Part shown: positions 1 to 12,810 of the stretch, piece by piece | Numbering within the stretch: the first letter of the stretch is position 1 | Layout of the letters: each line of letters begins with the position of its first letter | Assembly: GCF_006345805.1 (NCBI RefSeq) | Contig: NC_042997.1 | Span: 159,092,001 to 159,156,000, forward strand | From: Octopus sinensis | Lineage: Eukaryota | Reading direction: 5' to 3' | Length of the DNA stretch: 64,000 nucleotides | Made by a program: the position numbers and the translations under genes | The notes under the pieces: model-generated | Told to the model about the DNA's origin: nothing | Seen by the model: only the letters and a program-made list of their open reading frames with translations | Databases searched by the model: none

Positions 1-612
1 CTCACACAAGACAAAACATCTCCAGAATTGAGTCACCCCAGAGGGCTCTCACTAAACAAATTGAAGGCATGGCTACTCTCGACTATTGGGATCGCCTTAA
101 AGCCTTGAAACTTTACTCCCTCCAGCGTCGCCGTGAGCGGTACATCATTTGTACGATGTGGAAAATATACCGCCAACTTTGCCCAAACGACCTAAACATT
201 AGCTTCAAGGTTCATCCGAGACTTGGACCACGGGCTATACGTCCCCTGCCAAATTCAAGATCACAACATACATGTACACTGCAACATAATTTCTTTTCCT
301 CAACAGGCCCTGCCCTATTTAACATTGTCCCGAGGGAGATCAAAGAGGAAAAGGATCCCATCAACTTCAAACAGAGTCTGGATAGATTCCTTCGAAGAAT
401 ACCAGATAAGCCACCCATAATTGGATATAACTCACCCAACAAGAACTCACTACTTGAACAAAACTGGATACAACTCACCCAACAAGAACTCACTACTTGA
501 ACAAAACTTGACTTAAACAGGATTCGAATAATCCTATCAGGTGGTGCTATTAAGTTAGACATGGCCTGGACCAATCTCTGGTCGAAGCATATCTAAGTTT
601 TATCTAAGTTTT
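1..612 (+). mobile_element. 3' end of a CR1/Jockey-group non-LTR retrotransposon (ORF2 C-terminus plus 3' UTR)
   Basis: ORF 69-500 has LDYWDRLKALKLYSLQRRRERY...LFNIVP...FKQSLDRFL..IPD.P, typical of the post-RT region of CR1-group ORF2. Ends in a tandem tail (ATCTAAGTTTT)x2 at 591-612. Confidence 0.8.
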
Positions 613-649
613 ATATATGCGAGTGTGCGTTTATATATATATTTATATT

Positions 650-703
650 TATACATACATACATACATACATACATACATACATACATACATACATACAT
701 ACA

Positions 704-735
<32 letters not shown>

Positions 736-748
736 CATATATACATAC
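650..748. repeat. (TACA)n microsatellite
   Basis: Direct reading. Confidence 0.95.
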
Positions 749-834
749 AATTGTATATAATAACAAATGGTAAAATTAATTAATTAAGAAGTAATCAGTA
801 ATTTCATCAAGTAGAATTCGGCATGAAAAAGACC

Positions 835-1020
835 ATATATACATCCGACATCCGACAAGACGAAGTATGCAAGATTCCACTGAGTAAACATATAGAATTA
901 TGTGGAGAAGGAAAATTCAAGATCTTCCCCTTCTACAAATGTTCAAGGGATGACCCAAAGTTTCAAAAACCAATGGAACTGCATTTTATCAAAACATTTT
1001 TACCAAAACTGAACGTTTTG
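835..1020 (+). mobile_element. Penelope-like element remnant, C-terminus of GIY-YIG endonuclease
   Basis: IPLSKHIELCGEGKFKIFPFYKC...MELHFIKTFLPKLN aligns by eye with the GIY-YIG ends at 25766-26110 and 50590-51000. Confidence 0.7.
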
Positions 1021-1295
1021 AAAGAAAATCGAAGACAATATGCATGAACACTCTTTCAAATGGAACAAATTGTGAACGCTACGTAGTTAGTTCACACAGG
1101 CAGTGTACCCAACTAACGCTCCCGGAAAATACGACTGGAGAGAAATAATGTGTGTACTTGAATACTCTAGTTAGGCCCTCTCCAGACATATCATTGGAGT
1201 GAGTGTTGTACTTATTTAAGTATCATTTTTCAGCCTTCAAAATGTAATGTGTATATATACAAATGTGTTCATAAGTATTTGATAAGTGAAGGAAC

Positions 1296-1297
<2 letters not shown>

Positions 1298-1333
<36 letters not shown>

Positions 1334-1352
1334 AGAAAGAAAGAAAGAAAAA

Positions 1353-1412
<60 letters not shown>
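1298..1412. repeat. (GA)n(GAAA)n compound microsatellite
   Basis: Direct reading. Confidence 0.95.
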
Positions 1413-1441
1413 GTGAAAAAGTTACTTTCAAAAACTATAAC

Positions 1442-2190
1442 AATCAAAAATGACATCTTGAATTGTAATTAAATTTCAACAAGTTGACCGCATCAATACA
1501 ATATAATTGAAAAGAAGTTTCCTTCTCTCTATCTTTACCTTTTATTTTTTCTTTTCTCTTTTCTTTTTTATCCTAGTTCCTAAAATTGACATCTTGAAAG
1601 GTCATTTAGCATCACCCACGTGTTAGTCAAAAGAGCATCCCAAAATACATGCTTTCTTGTACTCTTTCCCCCTCTCCTCTTTTCCTTCCTCTTTTCTCTT
1701 TCTCCTCTTCTAAACAAAAACAAAATAACATATGTACACACATACACACACACACATACATACATACATATATCACTTTTTCTATCTTATTTACAAACAT
1801 GTCAATTTGTATATAATGAGAGAAGAGGGGGAGAGAGAAAGAGATACTCTCGTAAACAATGACTGAATCAAAAATGACATCTTGATTTGTAATTAAATTT
1901 CAATAAGTTGACGACATCGATACAATATAATTGAAATGAAACCTCTTCATTTCTGTCGCTCTTCCTCCTTTGCCTTTCTTTCTCGTCCTTCTTCCTGTTT
2001 CTCTCTCTCTTTCTCCCTTTCTCCAAAAAAAAAACAAAATTCACATCTTGAAAGGTCATTTAGCACCACCTACGTGTTTTTTGTCAAAAGACCATCCCAT
2101 GACATATTTTTGTCCCTCTGTCTTCCTCTTTCTCCACCTCTCTTCCCTTCCTTTTTTTTCTCTTTCTCCCCTTCTAAAAAAACAAAAACA
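1442..2190. repeat. Diverged local duplication (~1442-1725 and ~1867-2190)
   Basis: Both copies read AATCAAAAATGACATCTTGA.TTGTAATTAAATTTCAA.AAGTTGAC...CATCTTGAAAGGTCATTTAGCA.CACC.ACGTGTT. Confidence 0.85.
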
Positions 2191-2559
2191 ACATCGTCTT
2201 TTCGATTTATATATAAGGTGGAAGAAATCTGTGCATTATATCTTGAAGAGTTCGATTGAACGAACGAAATATCTAATAAAGAATTATCCAGAATTCTGAC
2301 TGCCCCTTTCTTCTTAATATACAATATTTGTACACCACTTCAGGCACCCTATACACACACACAGACACACACACACACTTCATTCATAGATTGTCATTTT
2401 AGTAAATAAATAAATAAATAAATTGACATAATATGTCTAAAAGTTGATGAATACTACCTATTGATCCCCTCCATTTTCTTATTGTTCTCTCCCTCTCTCC
2501 CTCTCTCTCTCGCTCTCTCTCTCTCTCTATATATATATATAATATATATATATATATAT

Positions 2560-3300
2560 AAATTAATAAATAAAGTATATGCATACATACATACATATAT
2601 GTACGTACCTACATCTACATGTATATACAGATGCATATATATATATATATATATATATATGAGTACAGGACACCACAAATAGACGTAGAACTCAACGAGA
2701 AACGAAAACATAAAAACATGTAAACGGACTTTTTTTTAACAACGAAAAAACAGACCACAAGACGAACAACACAAGGAACATTCCCCTTCATCAGTTGTCC
2801 CCGGTTCGACTCCATGCGTGTTTCGAAAGTAAGGACAGAACAAGCCCCGTCGAACCGGTCCTTCCTGCAAAGGAATTAAATAAAATTCCAATTAAATAAA
2901 ATTCCTTTGCAGAGGGGTAAAAACAAGGAAAGAAAAAAATGTGACAAGAACACGACTTAAAAGCAATACAAATAAAAATACAAATAAAAATACAAATACA
3001 AAATAAAAATACAAATACAAAAAAGTACAGTACACATAAAGAATAAAAACAGGACAAAGAAACCAACATTGAGGGCCTTTTTTTAAGCCTAGACGAAGGA
3101 ATAATTCAGAGCGCAAGGAAAAAAGTCGTGTTGACTTGTAGAAGGCAGGAGTGAAAAGAAAGTTGGTCGACTCGGCAGTGAGAGAGATGAGGAGGAGTGA
3201 GAGAGAGAGAGAGGAAAGGAAACCAGAAAGGGTGAAAAATAAGAAGGAGAGAGACAGGCAAAGAGGAAGACAGACAGGAAGGAAGGAAAGGTCAAGCAAA
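2560..3300. mobile_element. Dispersed non-coding repeat family beside (TA)n, probably PLE-associated; related copies at 6935-7200 and 43715-44400
   Basis: ATATGTACGTACCTAC.TCTACATGTATATA is shared by the first two copies. All three share GTACAGGAC and C.CTTC.TCAGT.G, i.e. CTGA.GA on the minus strand. Confidence 0.6.
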
Positions 3301-3479
3301 GGATTACAGAATATATATATGGTGCATAGGCGCCAATATGTACGAACAGAATTTAGGTTAGTTATATATTTCAACTGCTAAAAGCAAATACACTGTAGTT
3401 ACCGTGGAGAAAAATATCTCTCTTATAGTAAAAAGGTGTGAAAACACCCAGTTCGTTCAGTGTCGCCATCTCTCGGGAA

Positions 3480-3524
3480 TCTCAGACATCGATGCTTCGA
3501 GTTTTTTGACGCTTGTCAATGAGA
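3480..3524 (-). ncRNA. Degenerate type I hammerhead ribozyme
   Basis: Minus strand: tctca TTGACAA g...c GAAG CATCGATG TC tgaga. Stem I and the palindromic stem III are intact; the core carries 3 substitutions. Confidence 0.5.
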
Positions 3525-3689
3525 TGTACCTAAGAGATGATTCTTTATTACGATAATTATACATCATACATAGATAGGACGACACTGGACGTCACAAACA
3601 AATAGTACGTTTATGAGTTCTTTTTATAGAGGTTTTAAAAATATAATGAAAGATGTTATATTTTAGAATTTACAAGATTTACAAGTTTA

Positions 3690-5247
3690 CCCTTGGCCAT
3701 GAAGCCCAACGGCTACACCATACTTTTCTACCATGGACGAGACTAAGTAGGGTCATCCATACCCAACTTCCTTGCCACATCCTTCCATTTTTCCGAATAA
3801 CACAACCATCTATATCTAGTGACATAAGGTCGTCTAGGAGACAAGTTTGTTTCCGTTTCGACTAATTCCAAAAGTATACTTATTTATATTTTGAGTTTTG
3901 GGAGGGGCTGCAAAAATTCAGCTTCCTCCCCATCCTTTTTCTTTTGTGGTGTAGCCGCTGGACTGACCATAAAGGTTCTACCGGCCTTTTGATTTACATC
4001 TTGACTTATATCTCTTAAGTTATTAGGATACTTTTCTTTTATTTCATTGAATAATCCCACCTCCTTCTTCGCAATTCGGGTGTGATGCGGCATGTCCTTA
4101 TTGTCTTTATAAACCCGAGCTTTGTAATGAGCTCTAATCACTCTTGATAGTACATCATATTTTTCATTAAAGGACCCATTTTTTGCGTCTTGGGGTGGGG
4201 TTTGGAAATAGGTTATGGGTTTTAACAAGGGGGTGGTGTGGGTAGATTTTTGTGTGTCTGTAATTGGCTTATTTGTTTTTTTTATATGGAGAAGGAAGTC
4301 CATGGCTAGGGCTTTTTTCCTCTTTTGGCGTTTAACCATGGTAAATTCCATTTCTTCCTCTGTGTTTTGAGTTGTATCCTGTGTTTTTCTTGAGTTTTTT
4401 CTTGCGTGTTTTCTTGAGTCTTTTCTTGTTTTTCGCTTCTTGTTTCTCTTTTTCTCCCGTCTCTAGAAGTTCCTTTTGAAGAGAGGCTTCACTCCTTTTT
4501 CTTTAGGTTTGCATTCAGAGCACACTACGCCTCTCTACTGCAAATCTCACACTCAGCCCCTCCCCTACAAATACCCTATTGGGCATCCCTTCTAATACTT
4601 CAGGGGAGGCTTGGACCACAATCTCAAAGGTCTGTCCTTTCCAAATTTCGGCCTCTTTCTTTTTCATCTGTAAAATAAACATTTTCTCTTCCACATCATG
4701 TTATGGCTGCTGCTATCCAAATTACATCGTATCCTGCTGGTATCTCCTCTACTGTAATTTTTGCCGTTCTTCTACCCAAATACGTGGGTAATAAGATTAT
4801 CTCCTCATTTTTTAAGGTTCTAGTAGATAACTATTTCGCCATGTTCTCGTTCACGAACTGCGCCTCTACCGTGGCATTCCTTCTAGCACGTTCAACGTAA
4901 ACAACTTTATTCCAAATAGATGCCAAACACCTTTCAATTGTTTCACTTTTGCAAGTAACAATTCTTTTTTCCTTTAGGTTATACGTTTTGTATACCACTG
5001 TTCTTGCAGCTATATTTTGTACTATTTCCTGCGGAGGGAGCAACTTCGTATCATTTCCGTTCTTTTTTATAAGATTTCTATACTTAAACAATTCAGCCAT
5101 CGTCACCTCTAGCGTTATCATATTACCACCTGCGGCTGCCGAAAAGCTGGGTTTTTCCATAAACACTTGTTTTACATTATCAGTTTCTTTGTTTGGTACT
5201 TTTTCCATTTCTAGGAAATCTTCCTGACACATTACATTGAATTCCAT
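3690..5247 (-). pseudogene. Disrupted long ORF resembling a retrotransposon ORF1/gag-like protein (RRM-like region, CX2C remnant, Lys/Thr-rich tail)
   Basis: ORFs 4831-5247 and 3884-4351 are bridged across stops and frameshifts by LLPTYLGRRTAKITVEEIPAGYDVIWIAAAI, WKGQTFEIVVQASPEVLEGMPNRVFVG and CSEC. No RT is adjacent. Confidence 0.55.
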
Positions 5248-5764
5248 AATGTAATTTTACAGAAAAATAAATTCCTTAAAAAGGTATACATGAAATTTTT
5301 TTTTTTTTTTTTGACAAAAAATAATTTTTGCCAAAATTATTGGCAAAAATATTGTTTTACCCTGCAGAGGTTGAGAATTCAAATCACAAAAAGTCCAATA
5401 GCAGTTGTTTCCAACAATATGAAAAGTTTCATAATTTTTTTACCCCGCAGGGCGAAAATGACAGTCCACAGCAATTAAAATTTCAACAGATACAACAGAC
5501 AGTGCAATAAGAAAGAAACATAATAACAGATAGACCTCACAAACAAGCAGCAGTCAACAGGAGATGTAGCTAAGGAATGCAACTCTGAACTAATTGAATA
5601 AAGCTACAGCTTTATATATAATTCAGTCAACACGTTGATTAATTTGCGCTGGTAGATCGCCCGATCAAATTAATATACGAAGTATAGGCGCAAAGCAGTG
5701 TTTAGGTATGCGTAGATTTTAAGTTAGTTATGTTTGTCACATAGGTATGTATTTAAATAAGCAT

Positions 5765-5880
5765 ATAGGCGTCGGCATGGCTGTATTAAAAAGTTGCCTT
5801 GCAACCATATGGTTTCGGGTTCGATCCCACGGAGTCACAGCTTGTCAAGTGTCTTCGCCAATTGTTTCAGAAAGACCAAT
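5765..5880 (+). mobile_element. Degenerate tRNA-derived SINE head (family A)
   Basis: GGCATGGCTGT...AACCATATGGTTTCGGGTTCGATCCCAC...CAAGTGTCTTC. Confidence 0.65.
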
Positions 5881-5897
5881 GTATGTATGTATGTATG

Positions 5898-5928
<31 letters not shown>

Positions 5929-6059
5929 GTGTGCTGGTTTACAAGTCTATCTTTACATTAACACTTCATCAGTAACAATACTCTCCCTTTATACATCATA
6001 ATATAGTGTTTCGACAAACAGAGTATAATACGATACATACTTTGCGGTAGCAAAGTATC

Positions 6060-6790
6060 AGGTTAAAATGTAAATGCAAAAGGTGATATGCATTGCATAA
6101 AAGGCAAGGGGCTTGAATAGTGAAGCTGCAGCAAATAAAATTGCTAATTCAAGCAGTTTATGAAGTTCTACCGGATCAATCCAATTTTTTCTGCTGAGAG
6201 AAGAAAGGCAACGGCTTGATAATTTCGTGTGAATTGAGGGACCCTGAAGCACACAGTCAAGAGCTGTTTAAAATCTCTAAAGGAATGAAACTACGGCTGG
6301 TAACATGGTATGGTTTTAAAGGCCATCCTGGACACCATCTTTAGGGGTTTTAGACAGTATAGACACCAAATAAAAAGCATTTGTATTTGCGAAAGCTTGT
6401 ATTTAACATGTATCAGATGCTACAAACATCTTCGCTGACAGCAAGCAACGGTACAAGGCTGCGAGTTAATAACCAATCTTGGAATTCAGTTGTTTCATAA
6501 CATCCGATTATTTGAAACAACTGTGCCGAGGAGGCAAACGAACGGAAGAGATCACAATATACTGAGCCAAATTATGTCAAAACAAAGTCAGGTGAGCAAG
6601 GTGTGATGCTATTGAGGCTGGACACGGATAGTTCGTTAATACAGATTGGTTCGATCCTCTTTGCAAAGTCAACAACATTCTGAGAATTACAAGAACCAGT
6701 GGAGGAAAGGCCTTCAGGTTGACTACTGCAGAAGCAACGGCTAATGCAAGGTGGATCAGATGTGAACAATGGATGTCATAGTATTGCGTG
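6060..6790 (+). mobile_element. Decayed HERO/NeSL-type RLE non-LTR retrotransposon, 3' region
   Basis: Piecewise translation gives LIQAVYEVLP, GTLKHTVKSC..SLKE*NYGW*HGMVLKAILDTI, ETTVP, EEANERKRSQY and ARCDAIEAG. These follow the CCHC-RHD-ELTVPWE-KY-EVG order of HERO-like RLE domains. Confidence 0.7.
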
Positions 6791-7411
6791 AGATCGTGCT
6801 AGCAATGCACAAACTAGAGTTTCATGGATCTCAGCTATGTTAATGATTGCTTAAACGTTCCAAAAACTTAATGACTTCAGTTAACCTTACTAAATGTGTA
6901 TCATATGGTGTATGAAAAATCTTATATATATATATTAAATTAATAAATAAATAAAACATATGCATATATACATACATATATGTACGTACCTACCTCTACA
7001 TGTATATATACATGCATATATGGGTACAGGACACAAAAAAAAACGTCGAACACAATGAGAAACGAAAACATAAACACAAAACCAAGGAAATGGACATTTT
7101 TCTTAAACAACGAAAAAATAGAGTACAGGACATACAAAACAAGGAAAATTCCCCTTCTTCAGTCGCCTTTGTTTCATCTACTCCACGTTTCGAAGGTCAT
7201 ATATATGTATGTATGTATGTATGTGTGTGGGGGACACAGACACATAAATACACACATATGTATATTATGTGTGTGTGTGTATTTATGTGTTTGTGTCCCC
7301 CCCACACACACATACATACATTGGTCTTTCCGAAACTATTGGCGAAGACACTGACGAGCTGTGACTCTGTGGGAACTTGAGCAAGTGTCTTCTAGTACAT
7401 AAATATATATA

Positions 7412-7575
7412 TGACGAGCTTCTTTCAGTTTCTGTCTACCAAATCCACGCACAAGACTTGGGTCGGCCCGAAGCTGTAGTAGAAGACACTTGCTCAAGTT
7501 CCCGCACAGTGGGACGGAATCCGGAACCATGTGGTTGAGAAGCAAGCTTCTTACCACACAGCCACTTCTGCGCCA
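7412..7575 (-). mobile_element. tRNA-derived SINE family A (Octopus OK/OR-type, CORE-like CTTGRGCAAGT)
   Basis: Matches the 5' half of the full copies at 47019-47420 and 61201-61597. Confidence 0.85.
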
Positions 7576-7902
7576 ATATATATATATATAGATGTATACT
7601 TCAAAGATTTTTCTTTCAAACAACATAACAAACGGAAAATATATATATGGCTTTTGGTGTTTTAGGGTGAAATAATGGTTTTGAAGTACCGTATTTGAGC
7701 ATCGGTTACTTGTATTTAAGTGGGACACTTTGTTACATAGTGTATTGGTAGCAATGACATCAGTTAGGACTGAGTGGTTGGTTTTTCTAATAAGTGTTCG
7801 GTATATCGTTAGTTAGGAGGCGGAGTTAAGATCTTCTGTGGTTGCTTCGGAGCTATTTTTAGCACTAGAGTTATCCACATAGTGGATAACTCTCTAATAA
7901 TT

Positions 7903-8750
<848 letters not shown>

Positions 8751-9269
8751 ATAGAGAGAGATCTCGGTTTCTTTTTCCTTTCTCTCCTCTCTTTTATTTA
8801 TTTACTTGGGGATACACTCTAACTTACGAACACTGCCTACACGCGACCAAAAACATATACACAGACATCTCTATATATATATATATATACACACACAAAC
8901 ACATATGTATGTATGCATTTATGAATTTTTGTATATAAATATACATTACATTATGTATTTTCATGTACATGTTTTCAGACATATGTACATGCACGTGCAA
9001 TCATACGCATATACGCATACAATGTAAGTTCGATAAGTGCCAACGCACGAAACTATCGGCCTTCAGTCACTCTGCTGATTAAATATATACATACACATGC
9101 TTTGAGTTCTATTCTTTACTGTTTACATCTCGAATCACATATATATATATATATTATATATATTATAATATATATATATATATATATAATAATATATATA
9201 TACACGCTTGTCTGTGACGTCCTGTTTTTGTTGTTATTATTATTATCATCATTGTTTTTACGCATTTTT

Positions 9270-9572
9270 GTATTCTTATTCGTGTTATCATTATTGTTTT
9301 TACGTATTTTTGTATTTTATTCGTGTAACATCGTCCGGTTTTCCGTCCTTGTTTTGTATACATTCGAGGCTTTCTTCCAAGGAATCTAATGCGCTTGGCT
9401 TAGATTTTCCTTTGGGGCTGGCCAGATCGGAGCAATCTCAAGATTAATCAGCCGAAATTGCGAAGATGATCCGGTTCTTGACTGAAGATTGAAGGCTTCG
9501 AATGTCCCGTCCGTGTTTTTTGTATCGTCTTCTAAATGTTTTGCGTTCTTGTCCCAGTTGTATTTTTTTTAC

Positions 9573-9655
<83 letters not shown>

Positions 9656-10530
9656 TGTGTGTGTATGTATGTATGTATGTATACATGTGTATGTAAATAT
9701 ATATTAGGTTGGTGCATAATTATTGCTGTATTTTTTTTTCAATAAATTTTATTCAACAAGAACAATAACAACATTTAACAAAAACGTCTTTACATGATTA
9801 TTCCAACCGGCTACCAAGCAAATGGGAAACAGTAATTGAAGTTGATGGTGAATATGCTCCGAAATAATCGTTTAAAGATATTTTTGTTTAATGTTATTGT
9901 TTTTGTTGAATATAATTTATTGAAAAAAAGGCGCAATAATTATGCACCAACCTTTTCACGTCACTGTGTCCGTCATTTTTTCTCGTCCCTCCTTAATTCT
10001 TCTATCCCTCTGCTCTACTTCTCTCTCTTCTCTTCCCACGTGACCGATCGGCCAAGCCTGCTCTTTCTTTCTTGGTCTGACCGTTGTCCGTGCCACATCG
10101 ACATTCTTCCCTGTGTTTGTGAAATTTTTATATCTCTACCGTAAGGATTCATTTCCACACACGCTAGCTTAATTCAATTCGACCTTAGTCGAAAGACACC
10201 TGTTGTTATGCCCTGTTATTATTTTTATTGTATTTTTTATTGTATTTATCTTTGTGTAACATTGTCCATTTTTTTCCGTCCTTGTTTTTGTATACATTCT
10301 CTGCTTTCTTCCAAGGAATGTAATGTTCTTAGCTTAGTTTTTCCTTGGGGCTGGCCAGATTGGATCAATCTCAAGAATAATCAGCCAAAATTGCGAGGAT
10401 AATCTGGTGCTTGACTGAAGAAACAAAACTTCGAATGACCCGTCCTTGTTTTCTTTGTATCGTCTATCTGGATGTTGTCCCTTTTTGTATGAGCTAGCTG
10501 TCCGGATGTTTTGCGTTCTTGTCCATTTTG
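9270..10530. mobile_element. Two copies (9270-9570, 10265-10530) of a non-coding dispersed repeat next to (TA)n
   Basis: Shared TTTCCGTCCTTGTTTT...GCTTTCTTCCAAGGAAT...GGGGCTGGCCAGAT.GGA.CAATCTCAAGA.TAATCAGCC.AAATTGCGA...CTTGACTGAAGA. Confidence 0.7.
9704..9953 (+). mobile_element. Internally deleted mariner (MITE)
   Basis: TIRs TTAGGTTGGTGCATAATTATTGC / GCAATAATTATGCACCAACCT. The interior encodes the mariner C-terminus RLPSKWETVIEVDGEY. Confidence 0.85.
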
Positions 10531-10570
10531 TATTCATATACGGCGTACGTACACTTTGTTCTCTTATATA

Positions 10571-10608
<38 letters not shown>

Positions 10609-10779
10609 CGACGTACGTACACTTTTTTCTCTTATATATATATATGTATGTATATATACAGGGTGACCCTGTATATATATATATATATAGCGACGTACGT
10701 ACACTTTTTTCTCTGATATATATATATATTATTATATATATAATATATATATATATATATTATATATATATATATATAG

Positions 10780-10831
<52 letters not shown>

Positions 10832-10833
<2 letters not shown>

Positions 10834-11041
10834 GGGTGACCCAAAAGTAGATGTACAGTTATCACGTAGGCACATTAAATTTTTTAAAACATTTTATTAC
10901 ATTTGAATTTATATCTTGCAATTTACTAAATTAGCATAGAATAATGATTTCATATATTTTTATAACTAAGATCTAAACTGTTAATATATGAATGCCAAAG
11001 AGATAGTGGAATAAATGTAAACCTACTTTTGGGCCACTCTG
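10832..11041. mobile_element. Tc1/mariner-type MITE
   Basis: TIRs (T)AGGGTGACCCAAAAGTAGATGTACA / TGTAAACCTACTTTTGGGCCACTCTG; left flank is (TA)n. Confidence 0.75.
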
Positions 11042-11599
11042 TCCTTAACGTGACCTTGCGTACCCCAACGATGCATGCAGAATTGTTTTCTTTCGGGAGC
11101 TGAGTTGTTCTAACAATGGTCGCACACTGTTTACGTGAAGGATTGTACGGCTGAGTCACGACTATTGATTCCAAACTGAAATATCACATGACAGTGTAGC
11201 TTTCAAGCGCTCCCTTGCCAATACCCCATTACCAATTCCTTTCTTTTGTGTAAATTTCTCTCATGTGGTACTGCTGAGCGCGCCCACAGGGTTAATTTAT
11301 CACATATATGTAGTTCCTATGTCTGCTGATTGTTCAGCGTAGTAGCGGCAGCGCCGACAGCCGCAGAGGAGAGTATATCCACTGAAAGCATTTTGGTGAG
11401 TTCAAAAATCACATGCCATACCACCCACTTTTCCATGACGAGGTTGGTTCCTGGAATGTTCCAAACAGACGCATGACATGTCACTTAGTCAAATCAGCCC
11501 ATCATCTACTTCATAAAAGTTTTGTCGTCAATGCTGCACAACCTCGTATTACATGTTTCAACCTAACTGTACCATATATACAAACTATGCAATTTAAAT

Positions 11600-11627
11600 C
11601 CCGAGCAACGCCGGGTATTTCTGCTAG
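11600..11627 (+). mobile_element. Helitron-like 3' terminus (5' boundary not determined)
   Basis: GC-rich hairpin CCCGAGCAACGCCGGG followed 8 nt later by CTAG|T. Confidence 0.6.
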
Positions 11628-11704
11628 TCTGTGTGGGTGTATGTATGTGTGTGTGTTTGTGTGTGTATATATATATATATAGCGCCGTACGTACACTTTG
11701 TTCT

Positions 11705-11751
<47 letters not shown>

Positions 11752-12602
11752 TATATATAATATATATATATATATATTCATATTCACGGTGATTTATTTA
11801 TCAAATCTATATCATATCGTGATTCAGAATGACGACAGTTTTATGTCTGGACACTGTCCTATCGGAATATATTGAATATATTGAACACTATATTAACTAA
11901 TTCCAAGGTTTGTCTGTTATTTTATAACTTTATCTTGTTTACCATTGACTGGTATCGTTCTTTACAAAGCTGATCTATCCGTAAACAGCTAAACGTTGAT
12001 TTGTTATATCAGAATAGTAATCCGTCTAATGTTTATTTACAGAAGAGTAAAAGACTTCATCATGAAAACGATACATTTTTTCGTAATTTCTTTTTGGTAG
12101 CTTGCACTCACTAACCATGTGAATATCCTTATAACTGGCTGAATCAGTCAACCAATTACTTAATTAATCAAATAGTTAATCAATATTTATTTATTTATCT
12201 GAATGAAATGTAGAAAATTAGAAATTTTTTCTCATCATTTTTAATCAATGGGAAGTAAACAAGACTTATTGACTTGTCACTATGTCAAGTATGAAATGAG
12301 ATATCAAAAGAATAGTCAGGTAAAATATCTACAAAGAAGTATTTGAAAGACTGATCAAGAAAGTATATAACTGTAGTTGAAGTTTTCTGATGGTTAAATA
12401 TGAATCAATATGCATAGTGAAGTATATAGGTCTACATATATTGAGGGAGCCTGCGAGTATGCACGCACTAACACACACATATACACGCACACATGCGCGC
12501 GCGCATACACACGCACACACACACACACACAACACACAACACACACACACACACACACACACATAAACCCTCACTTAATCCACGCGCGCGCATACACACA
12601 CA

Positions 12603-12810
12603 GCCGTTCAAGAATTTGGACCTGGAGATCTCCATTTCCAGCGGCTTCGAGGGCCACCTCCCAGTGGTGCCAGGTGTCAACGAAGAGCCCTCGACTACAA
12701 CAAGACGACCAAAGTTATTTTTTCCCAAGGTCTGGGGTCTCCCGCCCCTAAGCCCTAAACCATCACGTAATCACCCTTACCCGTCTTGTTGCTTAACAAC
12801 AACAACAACA
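12603..12810 (+). mobile_element. ~200-bp SINE-like element with (CAA)n tail, copy 1 of 3
   Basis: Near-identical to 48360-48579 (-) and 58797-58992 (+); all start at GCCGTT.AAGAATTT. Confidence 0.85.

Noticed and set aside
11045-11295. piggyBac MITE ending CACAGGG|TTAA
   Set aside because: No matching left TTAA-CCCT end was found.
10541-11710. Repeat-spacer-like pattern suggesting CRISPR
   Set aside because: The spacers are (TA)n of irregular length, there are no cas genes, and the context is eukaryotic.
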